Below are positions 9,640-21,456 of a stretch of DNA of 64,000 nucleotides, piece by piece (the first letter of the stretch is position 1; every line of letters starts with the position of its first letter). The stretch is from Eledone cirrhosa (taxonomy: Eukaryota), in NCBI GenBank assembly GCA_964016885.1, contig OZ024751.1, positions 28,272,001 to 28,336,000 on the forward strand. Direction: 5' to 3'. The notes below the pieces were generated by a model. The model was not told where the DNA came from. It did not search any database and saw only the letters and a program-made list of their open reading frames with translations. Position numbers and translations under genes: made by a program.

Positions 9640-12600
9640 TTACAGATATATACTCAGAGTCGGCCCATTCACTCGGGCCATTCTTGCTTCTCTCACCCAT
9701 CTTTCAACAAAATGCTGGGAAGAGAGCACTTCCTTCTCTACTCTGATTTTCCTTTTCAAATGAAATTTGAAAAAGTCAATCAGAGCATCACCGAAGAGGT
9801 AAGTGCTCGTCTTCAGCCCTTTCAAACGTGTCCACCATACTATCTCTTTCGCCATGGCCACCAGACAGATAAAAACTGCCTGCCCTTCCCGGCTAAAGGA
9901 GGAGGGCGGGGCAATCCTCACGATAGACTCAGATGATAGCTGGATCCGTCCTAAACGCGACAGCAGGTGTTCGACATAAACCCACAAGTCAGCAATTTTC
10001 GGACACTGGACGAGTGCGTGCAGGACGGTTTCGTCGCCCTGCGCGCATCTCGGACATGCCCGGCTGACGGCACCTCCATGCCTGTAGAGTTTATCCCGAA
10101 CTGGCAAGGCTCCTCGGTAGCACTGCCAGGCCAGAGATTTCTGGAAGTTGTCCATAGGCCCTGGCCCGAAGGTTCTTCCGAAGAGATTGGCTAGTTGATT
10201 TTCGTCGACGCCTAGAGTTTCCCCAAGTACGTCGTCGCTCTTCCCCTCCACTAATCCTCTATAGAACGCCGAGGTGGAGTTTCCACCGATCACATTGCCC
10301 GATTGGTCGAGGGCTGTGAGCGCCTGAAGACATTCCAGTCTCCAGGCGCTCCCTCTCGGTCTTCGCTTGACCCAGGACTGCAGCTCCGTCAAGGAAACGA
10401 GCTGGGGAAAAACGCGTCTAGCAAACGGCGACCACACCTGATCACCGTCGAGGAAGAGGTGGAGATGTCGTAGCCTGAGCGCGTGCCTGCGCATCATCAG
10501 CCACGGCATGCCCAGCCCTCCACGTAGCGGGTGTTGACAACAGATGGACCGCCTGACCATCGGAGCACGTCCCTTCCACAAAAAGCGAAAGAGCAAACGC
10601 TCCAGCGCAGTCAGGCGAGGCTTAGGACAAGGTACGACGGTTAGGCGGTAGCAGATGACAGACGCGATGTACGCGTTAGCCACCTCCGCTCGACCTTTCA
10701 GGGATAGCTTCCTCTCCGCCCATTTCTGGGTGAGAGAAGCCACCCTGCTCGTCACCTCGTCCCAGTTTTTGTCCGTCTGGAGGTCCGGACCGAACCAGAC
10801 CCCTAGCAATTTAACCGGTCCGTCCGTCCAGCGCCCGACGACGCTGTTGGACGGCATGGACCTGCCTCTCCAGGTGCCGAGCTGCAGGCCCACTGACTTT
10901 TCCTGGTTGATCATTGCTCCTGTCACCGCTTCGTATTCTCTTAGTGTAGTGCCGATCGCCTCGATGTGTTTGGCGTTCGACACCACTACGGTGACATCGT
11001 CCGCATATGCTGACACGGATCTTCCGCATCCTAGTTCGCGCGGGACTCCCCTCAACGTCTCCAGTTTGTGCAGTAATGGCTCGAGAGTCAATACGTACAA
11101 GAGGGACGAGAGGGGACATCCTTGGCGGACCGAGCGCATGATGTTGAACGGTTCCGACAGGTGACCGTTCACTCTCACCACAGAGCAGATGTCGCTGTGC
11201 ATGGCAGCGATCCAGCCTCTGAAGACGGGCCCAAAGCCAGCCGCCCTCAGGACTGCCGCTAGGTAACGATGGTCGACCCTATCGAAAGCTTTCGACTGAT
11301 CTAAATTGATCAAGGACCCACCCGTGCCAGGTTCCCTAGCTACCCTCTCTACGATGTATCGCATGAGGTGGAGGTTGTCGTGGATGGATCTGTCGGGAAT
11401 GGCGCATGTCTGCGCCTCTCCCACCAGACCACCAACGACAAGCGCCAACCTCTTTGCTAGCACCTTGGCCAAAATCTTAAACTCTGTGTTTAGCAGAGTT
11501 ATGGGCCGGAAATTGTCTATGTTATCCCCCTTGTTCGAATCCTTTCTCAGCAGTGCCACCGCTCCTCGGCTCACAGAACTGGGAATTCTCCCGTTCTGTT
11601 GCCAGTTGCAGTAGACGTCCGCCAAGAGGCCTCCGAACAAGTCTGGCATCTGTACGTAAAGTTCATAGGGCAGACCATCCAAACCAGGCGATTTACCCCT
11701 TGTGCAGCCAGTCATTGCCTCCCGTACTTCAGCGGCTGTTATCGGCTTTTCGCAACACCTCGCCTCAGTGGCCGAGAGCCGCGGCAGCCCGTCGAGGTAG
11801 ACACTAAAGTCCATCCCTCTACCCGGCCCCCCGCTGCCCCCGAACAGCTGAGCGAAGTGTCGCTGAAAAGCTTCACACATTTGCCCGGGATCGAGTAGCA
11901 TGCGCCCGTCGTGGTCCACCAAAGACCGGATCGTGGCTTTGTTGCCACGACGCGCCTCCGCCACTCGGGCCCATTGAACGGCTTTCGTCCCCTCGTGTCT
12001 GAGAGCACGCACCCTAGCTCTGACAACGCAGCCTTCGTGCTTTGCATTGAAGAATTGGTCAAGGGCCAATTTCGCCGCAAGCACGTCGGTCGCAATGCCT
12101 TTGCTAAGCGCCTCGTCTAATTTTCTAACTAGTTCTCCCTCTGCTCTATTTTTCTCTATTGCTAAAGCCTTACTAAACCTAATCGATTCTATTCTAATCG
12201 CTCTTTTCAGAGCAAACCACCACTTGTTGTTGACGATGGCCCCCGTCAACGCCCGCTTAACTAGTTCGCTAATCCGGTCTCTGTAGGCCTTGCGCGCTGG
12301 TAAGGACGCGTTTAGCTTCCAGTAGCCGGGTCCTCGTCTATGAAGCCTATCTAAGTCAAGCACACAGATCACGAATTTGTGGTCCGTGTAGCTGACTATC
12401 TTGAATTGTGGACAGCCTATGCTAGACCTATCTATTTCCCTACAAAATACTCTATCTAGATATGATCTGGATGACCCTATGCGGTTTGTCCAAGTCCACA
12501 TTGGCACATTCGGGAAATCCAATCGGTACCTGTCAGACAGTTCAAAACGCCTGAGCAGGTTGGTGAGGCTCTTGCACCCTCCACCCCTATCCGCTAATCC

Positions 12601-13059
12601 CACACAGTCCCAGCGTGCATCTAAGATCCCGTTCCAGTCGCCCACTAACACTAAAGAGCGCGACGTTCCAAGAAAGGTCTCCAGACGCCGGAAGAAATCA
12701 GGCCGCCCTGCTCCTGTCGGGGCATAGACGGCCACTAGCCTGAAAGCTTGCCCGTCTCCGCTGGTCACGTCCAGCACCACCAGCTTACCCTCTGGGTCCA
12801 GGAAGATGGCCCGTATGGCGAGATCCAAACCTCTCCGAAAAAGCACAGCAACTCCTCCACCCGATCCAGGACGGCTGGGAGATGCGTACACATCGTAGCC
12901 GCCGAAGATCGGTGCGAAGGCCCGTGCTTCGGAGATTCTGGTCTCGCTGATGGCCACTACATCTATGTTTAGTGACCTGAGGTCGTTGAGCAGGTGACCC
13001 TGCTTCCATGACGACCCCAAGCCACGCGCATTTATGCTGCCTATTCTGAGTGAGGTCAT
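9640..13059 (-). CDS. ORF2 APE-RT-Zn finger, copy 2
   Basis: Same motifs as 3557-6976, with 6 aa differences. Confidence 0.96.
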   Translation of the reverse strand: MTSLRIGSINARGLGSSWKQGHLLNDLRSLNIDVVAISETRISEARAFAPIFGGYDVYASPSRPGSGGGVAVLFRRGLDLAIRAIFLDPEGKLVVLDVTSGDGQAFRLVAVYAPTGAGRPDFFRRLETFLGTSRSLVLVGDWNGILDARWDCVGLADRGGGCKSLTNLLRRFELSDRYRLDFPNVPMWTWTNRIGSSRSYLDRVFCREIDRSSIGCPQFKIVSYTDHKFVICVLDLDRLHRRGPGYWKLNASLPARKAYRDRISELVKRALTGAIVNNKWWFALKRAIRIESIRFSKALAIEKNRAEGELVRKLDEALSKGIATDVLAAKLALDQFFNAKHEGCVVRARVRALRHEGTKAVQWARVAEARRGNKATIRSLVDHDGRMLLDPGQMCEAFQRHFAQLFGGSGGPGRGMDFSVYLDGLPRLSATEARCCEKPITAAEVREAMTGCTRGKSPGLDGLPYELYVQMPDLFGGLLADVYCNWQQNGRIPSSVSRGAVALLRKDSNKGDNIDNFRPITLLNTEFKILAKVLAKRLALVVGGLVGEAQTCAIPDRSIHDNLHLMRYIVERVAREPGTGGSLINLDQSKAFDRVDHRYLAAVLRAAGFGPVFRGWIAAMHSDICSVVRVNGHLSEPFNIMRSVRQGCPLSSLLYVLTLEPLLHKLETLRGVPRELGCGRSVSAYADDVTVVVSNAKHIEAIGTTLREYEAVTGAMINQEKSVGLQLGTWRGRSMPSNSVVGRWTDGPVKLLGVWFGPDLQTDKNWDEVTSRVASLTQKWAERKLSLKGRAEVANAYIASVICYRLTVVPCPKPRLTALERLLFRFLWKGRAPMVRRSICCQHPLRGGLGMPWLMMRRHALRLRHLHLFLDGDQVWSPFARRVFPQLVSLTELQSWVKRRPRGSAWRLECLQALTALDQSGNVIGGNSTSAFYRGLVEGKSDDVLGETLGVDENQLANLFGRTFGPGPMDNFQKSLAWQCYRGALPVRDKLYRHGGAVSRACPRCAQGDETVLHALVQCPKIADLWVYVEHLLSRLGRIQLSSESIVRIAPPSSFSREGQAVFICLVAMAKEIVWWTRLKGLKTSTYLFGDALIDFFKFHLKRKIRVEKEVLSSQHFVERWVREARMARVNGPTLSIYL

Positions 13060-13094
13060 GTTTAAAATAGAGTGGAAAAGATGGGAAAGACCAC

Positions 13095-15194
13095 TTACCG
13101 TATTTTTGGTAGAGGAGGGATGGTTTTTACATCCCTTTTCACTTGATCGTCTGGTGAAGGGACCGTTGAATCGTCCCTTCGGCTGGTCGTCGGCTCTTCT
13201 AAGAGAATGTCTGAATATACTCTTCGATTAATGGTTCCTCCTAGGTCCCTGAAATCACCAACTGCGTTGGGGAATTTCGTTTTAATGTTTGTGTATTGTT
13301 TCTGTGCTATTTTTAGCAGTCTTATGTTAGTTGGCGTTTTGATTGGTGCTGGTATTATGTAGTCCTGTTGTGAAATGTCTGTGTGTTCAATTATGTAAGT
13401 CATTAGTTTCTTGTTGTGTGTGTTTATTGCCGTGCATTTGTTTTTCTGGGGGTGGGGTGTGGTTCTGCTATTTTCTTGTCGTTGTTGCTGGGTGTGTGTG
13501 TTTTGTTGTTGTGTTTGCGATGTTGGTGCTTGTGGTGGTGGTGTTGAAGGTGTTGTTGGCGGTGGGGTTGTCGCCGGTGGTGATGGTGGTGCTGGTGTGG
13601 GTGGTGATGGTGTTGGTGGTGTTGCTGCTGTGGGTCTCTTTGCAGTAGACTTTACCCTTTTCTCATTTCTTTCCTCCCTTTTCAAAGGCGACGATGCGCT
13701 GCTTCTGCGTTTGTGCCTTCTTGAGACCTTTTGCCATCCCTCTCCCACCTCACACTCCATGTCTGATTCTGTAAGGTCGGGGAGGGGTACCAGCTCCACT
13801 CTTTCACTTGTTGTTGTTGGTGATGTTTGCACTGGAGTCTCTGTTGCAGCTGCATTTGGTATTGCTGTTGTTGTTGTTAATATTTCCACTGCTGCTGCTG
13901 TCTTTGATTTCCGTGGAGTGGGTATGGGTGCCACGGACCTATCGTTCCTGGTTGCCGCTTGTCCTGTTGCTGGTAGCCGTGGAACCGGATTCGGGAGGAG
14001 GGGGGTTTTCTCCTTTCTCAGGGTCTTCTCGTTGCAGAAGGCCCTGAGGTGAGTCTTCGATCCACAGCGAAAGCATTTCGGGCGTTTGCCCTCAACACTT
14101 ATGGGCAGTTGAGTGCCGTTATCGAAGTCTATCACATCCGGGATAGCTTCGATGCACTCCTGGTTGGTTTGGATTAGCATCTCAATGGAGGAGCCGACCC
14201 AATCTTCTCTTACTTTTTTCTGTACTTGCAGTACAGTTGTTTTGTCCTCGATTCCGACGAGGACAGACGCGGCCAGCCAAGAAGGGGTCATTCCGGGGGG
14301 GACGTGGGTCAGTTTGACCCTCACAATTTTTTGCCCGCAGTAGGAGGGCACCAACACCATTTCCTCGCTCCTTAGGGTCACTACTGATTGGGCCTTTGCC
14401 TCCTGGGGTGTGGCAAAAAGTACGTCTACGGTGGCGTATTTTTTGCCTCGGGTGATGTGCGTTTTCCTCTGCCACACAGACCCCAAGGCTTTTTGTATTT
14501 GGGCCTCTGTGGCTCTTTCCACCCTACGGGATTTTGTACTTACTGTACGGTACGTGACCGTACAGTGCTCTTGGGTTTCGAAAAAATTTTTTGCTGCCTT
14601 GCAGATTGCTCGGTGTCCGTTCTTTGTCACCATCTTCTTCGCTTCCTCTAATTCCTCATTTGTTATGAGGATTGTTTCCAGGTTTTTCGCAATACCTGCA
14701 AATGAGATTGGTTTTTCTCTGCTGTTGTTGTTGTCGTCAGAGCTGCTGGTACTTTTGTTGTTGCTGCAGGTACTACGACTACTGCCTCCGCCGCTGTTGC
14801 TGTGGTTGTTGTTGGTGTTGCTGCTGCTAATGCTGTTGTTGTTTATGCTGCTGGTGATGCTGTTGCGGCTGCTACTGTTGTTTTCATTGTCACTGTTGCT
14901 GTTGTTATTACGGCTGCTACTGCTATTATTCCTGACGTCAGACGAATGAACTGGGTTTTCGTATTTCCCGCACACCTGTTTCGTCGCTGTCGTCGTCGTC
15001 GTGGAGAAACCTTGCACGCTTTGCACGAGACTTTTCTTTTCTTTCGTCGCTTGCGAAAGAGAAGGTAGGGAGAGAGACACATTTAAAGAAGGGAGGGAGA
15101 GAGACAATCTTCTCTCTCCTGTAGTGATGATTGAGGAAGAAGAAGACGGAATGAGTGGGAGTGACGTATGAAATTTTTTTTTTTTGGTAGCCAT
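13095..15194 (-). CDS. ORF1 CCHC zinc-knuckle protein, copy 2
   Basis: Translation identical to copy 1 ORF1. Confidence 0.9.
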   Translation of the reverse strand: MATKKKKFHTSLPLIPSSSSSIITTGERRLSLSLPSLNVSLSLPSLSQATKEKKSLVQSVQGFSTTTTTATKQVCGKYENPVHSSDVRNNSSSSRNNNSNSDNENNSSSRNSITSSINNNSISSSNTNNNHSNSGGGSSRSTCSNNKSTSSSDDNNNSREKPISFAGIAKNLETILITNEELEEAKKMVTKNGHRAICKAAKNFFETQEHCTVTYRTVSTKSRRVERATEAQIQKALGSVWQRKTHITRGKKYATVDVLFATPQEAKAQSVVTLRSEEMVLVPSYCGQKIVRVKLTHVPPGMTPSWLAASVLVGIEDKTTVLQVQKKVREDWVGSSIEMLIQTNQECIEAIPDVIDFDNGTQLPISVEGKRPKCFRCGSKTHLRAFCNEKTLRKEKTPLLPNPVPRLPATGQAATRNDRSVAPIPTPRKSKTAAAVEILTTTTAIPNAAATETPVQTSPTTTSERVELVPLPDLTESDMECEVGEGWQKVSRRHKRRSSASSPLKREERNEKRVKSTAKRPTAATPPTPSPPTPAPPSPPATTPPPTTPSTPPPQAPTSQTQQQNTHTQQQRQENSRTTPHPQKNKCTAINTHNKKLMTYIIEHTDISQQDYIIPAPIKTPTNIRLLKIAQKQYTNIKTKFPNAVGDFRDLGGTINRRVYSDILLEEPTTSRRDDSTVPSPDDQVKRDVKTIPPLPKIR

Positions 15195-15581
15195 GTTTTT
15201 TTGTTTAAAATGAAATTTTGGGTACAAAACCCCAATAACTGGCTATTTAACCCCGAAGGGCCAAATAACGGACAGAAAGACCCCTCTCACGAGGAGGAGG
15301 GTGTCTTTATCAACAATTTGGTTCAAGTTTTAAACAATTTACAATTGTTTTAACGGTTAAAAATTACTATACCTTACAGAGCCGAGCCTCCGTCAACCAT
15401 GGCATTCAATAATAATAATAATAATAATAACAACAACAATAATAACAATATGATAATAATAATAATAATAATAATCACAACAACAATAACAACAACAATA
15501 ATGACAATAAAAAGAAAAAAAGATAGCGGTGTTTCTGGTGATGCAGGAGGCGTTATTTTTTGTGGTGTTTAAAAATGGAAG

Positions 15582-15632
<51 letters not shown>

Positions 15633-15633
15633 C

Positions 15634-15683
<50 letters not shown>

Positions 15684-15783
15684 AATAAATAAATAAAAAA
15701 AATAAAATAAAAATAAAATTATATATATATATATATATAATACATACATATATATATATAATATATATATATATAATACATAC

Positions 15784-15831
<48 letters not shown>

Positions 15832-16174
15832 CATACACACACACACATATATATGTATTATATATATACATATATACATATATACATATATATATGTATA
15901 TAATATATATGTGTATATATATGTGTATATATATATGTATATATATACATATATATATATATATGAGGCTATGTGTGTGCATGTATATATGTGTACATAT
16001 ATACATACACACCTGCATATATATTTATATAACCAAGGATTAGTGTGGTTCGTTGATTACTCAATGAATACAATTATACAATAGATTAGAAGCACTCAAC
16101 AAAAAAAGTTTTCCTGGAGTTTTTAATATTATTCAAAATATTAACAAATGAAAAATATTCTCATAATCAAAATA

Positions 16175-16244
16175 TATATTTTATTATATATATTTCAAAG
16201 GTACTGTGTTGTTTTTTCAGTACGTCCTCATCAGACAAAATATA
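16175..16244 (-). ncRNA. Type I hammerhead ribozyme (mirror copy)
   Basis: Reverse complement of 16337-16406. Confidence 0.8.
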
Positions 16245-16336
16245 TGATTTGATATATGACATACGGCTACGGTCTTGATTATTCAATTCCAGTATTGAAT
16301 AATCAAGACCGTAGCCGTATGTCATATATCAAATCA

Positions 16337-16406
16337 TATATTTTGTCTGATGAGGACGTACTGAAAAAACAACACAGTACCTTTGAAATATATATAATAA
16401 AATATA
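16337..16406 (+). ncRNA. Type I hammerhead ribozyme
   Basis: tatattttgt CTGATGA(16347-53), stem II ggacgtactg/cagtaccttt, GAAA(16385-88), palindromic TATATAT, A17, then ataaaatata closes stem I. Confidence 0.8.
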
Positions 16407-16460
16407 TATTTTGATTATGAGAATATTTTTCATTTATTAATATTTTGAATAATATATATA

Positions 16461-16822
16461 CAATGATATTAAATAAATGGAAACTATATTTATAAAACCA
16501 TATTTATTCTATTATATATATTTCAAGGGTACCAAAAACTTTGGTACGCTTTCATCAGATAAAATACAAAGTGTGTTTTATAAATGTTGACATAGCCAAG
16601 GAAAAGATACCTTATCAGTTGAATATTCCTACCCAAGGAATATTCAACTAATAAGGTATGTTTTGAAATATATATAATAGAATAAATATAGTTTTATAAA
16701 TATAGTTTCCATTTATTTAATATCATTGAATATTTACTCCAGTAAAGCTGTCGAGTCCTCTGAATCAGTTATAAACATTTATATTTGTTGAATTTCCAAC
16801 AAATTAAATATCCCTTCTACTT
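16461..16822. mobile_element. Second hammerhead fold-back element; one arm has an internal deletion
   Basis: Outer arms ~16461-16526 and ~16663-16728; inner hairpin ~16607-16659. Confidence 0.75.
16490..16582 (-). ncRNA. Type I hammerhead ribozyme
   Basis: tttataaaac..tattttat CTGATGA aagcgtacca/tggtaccctt GAAA TATATATA atagaata..gttttataaa. Stems I, II and III all pair. Confidence 0.8.
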
Positions 16823-16837
16823 ATATATATATATGTG

Positions 16838-16882
<45 letters not shown>

Positions 16883-17082
16883 AAAAAACACGATGTTGTT
16901 TGTAAGAGAAGAGAACTATGCAATAGTGAGGATCGGAGTGGAGAAAATCTGGTGCTCAGCAGTATCTCTTTCTTTCAGCCTCCCCCTCCCCCGTCTCCTT
17001 CCATTCCACTTCTTTTCCTTCTTTCTTCATATCCTTGCTCGATCTTCTTTTTCTTCTTCGTTGTCGTCATCACCATCATCAT

Positions 17083-17294
17083 CTTCTTCTTCTTCTTCTT
17101 CTTCTTCTTCTTCTTCTTCTTCTTCTTCTTCTTCTTCTTCTTCTTCTTCTTCTTCTTCTTCTTCTTCTTCTTCTTCTTCTTCTTCTTCTTCTTCTTCTTC
17201 TTCTTCTTCTTCTTCTTCTTCTTCTTCTTCTTCTTCTTCTTCTTCTTCTTCTTCTTCTTCTTCTTCTTCTTCTTCTTCTTCTTCTTCTTCTTCT
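17083..17294. repeat. (CTT)n microsatellite
   Basis: Pure trinucleotide run. Confidence 0.95.
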
Positions 17295-17534
17295 TTATGT
17301 GAGTGTGACTGCGTATGTATGTGTGTATGTATGTATTTGTGTTTATATATATGTGTGTGTGCGTGCGTGTGTGTGTTCGTGTGTGCGCCCGTGTGTGTGT
17401 GTGTGTGTGTGTGTGTGTACAGTAGGAATGGTTTCCTGAATATTCAGTTTGTGTCTAGATTTCGGTTTTGGATATAATTTAACTTTATCATTTCAATTAT
17501 GGCTCCAAAACATCGCCTCTCTTAACCCAGATAC

Positions 17535-17869
17535 ACCCCCCCACCACCACCACCACCACCCCACCATCACCTCACAACCACCCCACCACCACCACCACCA
17601 CCACCACAACCACAACCACCCCACCACCATCACCACCACCACCACAACCACCCCACCATCACCACCACCACCACCACAACCACCCCACCATCACCACCAT
17701 CATCCTTAACATCAACACTATGACAATCATCATCACAATCACAACCACAATCAACACCATCACCATCACCACAAACACCACCATCATCACCACAAACACC
17801 ACCATCACAACTACTACCACTACTACCGACACTATTCCTTCATTTATACTACTACTACTACCACTACTA

Positions 17870-17917
<48 letters not shown>

Positions 17918-18965
17918 TTACTACTACTACTACCACCACCACTACCACCACTACCACAACCAACACAACCGCTGATCCGGTTGTCTTAAACGGTAATTTT
18001 CAACAAGAAATGACGACACCAGCGCTACTTGTGACATCACCATCACCACCACTACCACCCCCACCCCCACCACCATCACAAACACTACCTTCGTTTCCAA
18101 CAACACCACCAGCATCACTGCCACCAACGACCCCCTCAATCACCATCACCACCACCGCCAATGACACCACCATCACCACCATCACCACCACCGCCAATGA
18201 CACCACCATCACCACCATCACCACCACCAATGACACCACCATCACCATCACCACCAATGACACCACCATCACCACCACCGCCATCACCACCACCGCCATC
18301 ACCACCACCATCACTACCATCGCCAACGATGACGACAGACTTATGCAAATGTTGCAGTGTTTTGAGAGCAAGAAATTGCAATAAAGGATGGTGGTGGTGG
18401 TGGTGGTAATGTTGTTGATGATGATGGTGGTGGTGGTGGTGATGTTGTTGATGGTGGTGATGACAGTGGTAATGGTGGGGATGATGGTGGTAGCGGTGTT
18501 TAATAGGAAATTGCCTGACCAGCTGTTATAGGAATCGATCATAAACTAGAGCTGCCTGCAATGGACAGTGGTGGTGGTGGTGGTATGGTGGTGGTGGTGT
18601 AGTGGTAGTGGAGTGGTGATGATGGTGGTGGTGTTGTGGTGGTGGTGGTGTTGTTGTGGTGGTGGTGGTGTGGTGTAGAGGTGTGGTGGTGGTGGTGGTG
18701 GTAGTGGTGGTGTGGTGATGATGGTGGTGGTGTGGTGGTGGTGGTGTGGTGGTGGTGTGGTGGTGGTGGTGGTGGTATGGTGGTGGTGGTGTGGTGGTCT
18801 GGTGGTGTAGTGGTGGTGGTGTAGCGGTGTAGTGGTATAGTGGTAGTGGTGGTGATGGTGGTGGTGAAGTGGTGATGGTGTAGTGGTGGTGGTGATATAG
18901 TGATAGTGGTGGTGGTGGTAGTGTTGGTATCGGTGGTGGTACAGTGGTAGTACAGTGGTGTTGGT
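17535..18965. repeat. (CAC)-rich block followed by (GTG)-rich block
   Basis: Degenerate ACC/GGT repeats that switch strand near 18390. Confidence 0.85.
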
Positions 18966-19439
18966 GGGGATATATCTAGATGTATCTTTATGTGTATGTC
19001 TGATGATGTATATGGAAGTGTGAGTTATATAAAGTTACTTGTGTCTGATGTGTGTATGTGAGTGTATATAGAAATGTCTCTATCAGCAATGTATGTATGT
19101 ATCAATATACTTGTGTACTATGTATATGAGTGTGTATACAAGTCTTTATGTGTGCAGTGCGTATAAAGTAGTGTTGTGTATGTGAGTAGTTTATAAATAA
19201 GTATCTATGTGTTGTGTGTATGTAAGTTACGGTGTCTGGCGAAAAAAGAATCCAAGTATTTTTTTTATCCGTGGGAAGTAATGAAGTTAAGGAAACAAAA
19301 GGGTGCAGAATGGTGTCGCATACATTCGGATACGTGAGATACGTTTTTTTTTTTTTTTTTTGGCAAGCGTGCCGGATGCCTCAGTCGCTGTCAGACAATT
19401 AGTATGTGGGGTGCTGTACTACTACTTTCTCAGTGCATT

Positions 19440-19780
19440 TTCATTTCACGCGATTCGATCAACAAGGATCCTGAGCGCTTGAATTCTTTGATAACTGGGA
19501 ATAAGATATGAGTGTGTAGGCAAGACCCGGAAACCTGACAACCAAAATTGAGTCATCAGAGTGGAAGGATCCAACGAGGCTAAACTCCCTCAAACAGCAC
19601 ACCAGGTGCGGAACAAAATCAATGTGATGTTGATTTCATTGGATTCTTCCAATAGTGAGGTGTTGTACACCAGGGATAAATACCTGAAGGACAAACAGTT
19701 TCAAAGGAATACTAGAAGAAGGTCCTCTGATGTCTTGGTGATGTAGTTCGGGGCCTGAGACCAGATCTAGGGGTCTCACA
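19440..19780 (+). pseudogene. Degenerate mariner transposase fragment
   Basis: Mixed frames read LITGNKI*V..QDPET...SSEWK...AHQVRNKINVMLI, resembling mariner ITGDETWV.YDPETK.QS.EW...KVMLI. Confidence 0.6.
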
Positions 19781-19940
19781 AAACTACCACACACACACAC
19801 ACATATATATATATATACCCCGTACCATATATATATGTATATATGTTCATTCTCTCATTACCACAGCAGAGGTCCAAAGAGATTTTGATTCCAGAGTCGG
19901 GCCAGATCGATTACTTGAGCTGATCAATATACATATATAT

Positions 19941-20524
19941 ATATCACGATAAATTAACGGAGCCATAGACTCTCGCTATTCCCTGTCAATACTGTGCTAA
20001 AAGGAAAAGGAATCCTGAGCTCTTTAAAATACAATATGTTGAAAAGCTAGCACACTAGAGAGAGATAGTGCGCCATCAATAAAACAGGGAAAAACCACCA
20101 GTGTATGGAATCTATAATCTATGGCAGGCAGAGTAGACAAAAAAACAATTAAAAATATAAATTAAAATATATATACGCACCTCTATAACTATATAACACA
20201 CGTACAAATCCAAAGAGATCTGTTTCGCCAAGAAGTTGTTGACTGAAATGAAATAGCCCATGGTTCATCAGCGCGTGCAAGGCTATACATTCCAGACAAC
20301 TCTAAGAGAATCTAAAGCGACCGTCCAGCTACACGCGGCAGAGAGATGTCACAGCGTGTTTAGGGCAGTGAACCAGTGGTATCTGAGGGACGGGCTGCTA
20401 GAAAGGGCAGCCGAAAACCACTCAGAGAAGTGTGCTCAAACAAACAGAGAGTGAGGAAAGACTGTTATAAGGAGCGAAATATCAAGATAAATTAACGGAG
20501 CCATAGACTCTCGCTATTCCCTGT
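19941..20524. mobile_element. 538-bp unit with 46-bp terminal direct repeat, between TA runs
   Basis: 19941-19986 matches 20479-20524 at 45/46 positions; internal minus-strand CTGATGA...GAAAC at ~20220-20271. Confidence 0.6.
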
Positions 20525-20619
20525 AAATATATATATATATTGATTCCAGGGAGGTGACCAGAGTTATGATGATCTCTTATGATGAAACTGTTCTAGTCCT
20601 GTAGAAGTCATTTCAATAA

Positions 20620-20653
<34 letters not shown>

Positions 20654-21259
20654 GGAAAAGAATGAAACGTATACGTACGTATACATACATACTTACATTT
20701 ATATATATATATATATATATATAAATGTTCATATATGTATATATTGTTCATACATGTATAATTATATGATATTCAGAGTGTCCCCGAAAAATGTATACGC
20801 ACTTCATCAGCATTTTAATAAATATGTACATGCATTTTAGGACACCCTATATATATATATAGATATATATATATATATATATATATAAATATATATATAT
20901 ACAGGGTGTCCCAACACTCTGAATATCATATACTTATACATGTATGAACAATGTTTCATTGGATGCCTGAAAAGCTGGGTTGTAGTTCTGATTCTTCTTC
21001 TTGATGTTCTATTTAGCTACCTCCCCCCGCACCCCGCACCACCGTCTTCAACAATACTATTTATAAACGATAAGTCAGTTCTGTTACATAACACTTATTG
21101 TATTTTATCATAAAATAATGACAGGATTAATCTCAGTTGTATGTCTTTAAAGTGTTTCTTTTCCATAAACCTGTAGACAAGTTTCGATTTTCACATATAT
21201 ATATATATATATGTAAATATCTATATATAGATGAATATATGTATATCTATATTTATATA

Positions 21260-21327
<68 letters not shown>

Positions 21328-21382
21328 CGTGTGTAAATGTCTATATATATATATGAATATATGTATATCTATATCTATATAA

Positions 21383-21415
<33 letters not shown>

Positions 21416-21425
21416 AATATATATG

Positions 21426-21456
<31 letters not shown>

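Larger units (their letters stand above)
9378..15407 (-). mobile_element. Full-length L1/Tx1-clade retrotransposon, copy 2 (tandem with copy 1)
   Basis: Near-identical to 3294-9324 with the same 5' end (GAATGCCATGG) and 3' end; about a dozen differences seen by eye. Confidence 0.95.
16030..16455. mobile_element. Hammerhead-bearing fold-back element (162-bp arms, 6-nt loop)
   Basis: 16126-16287 is the reverse complement of 16294-16455 with 1 mismatch; flanked by TA runs. Confidence 0.85.

Noticed and set aside
3884-15068. Antisense and alternative-frame ORFs within the Tx1 copies
   Set aside because: Shadows of GC-rich ORF1/ORF2; duplicated only because the element is.
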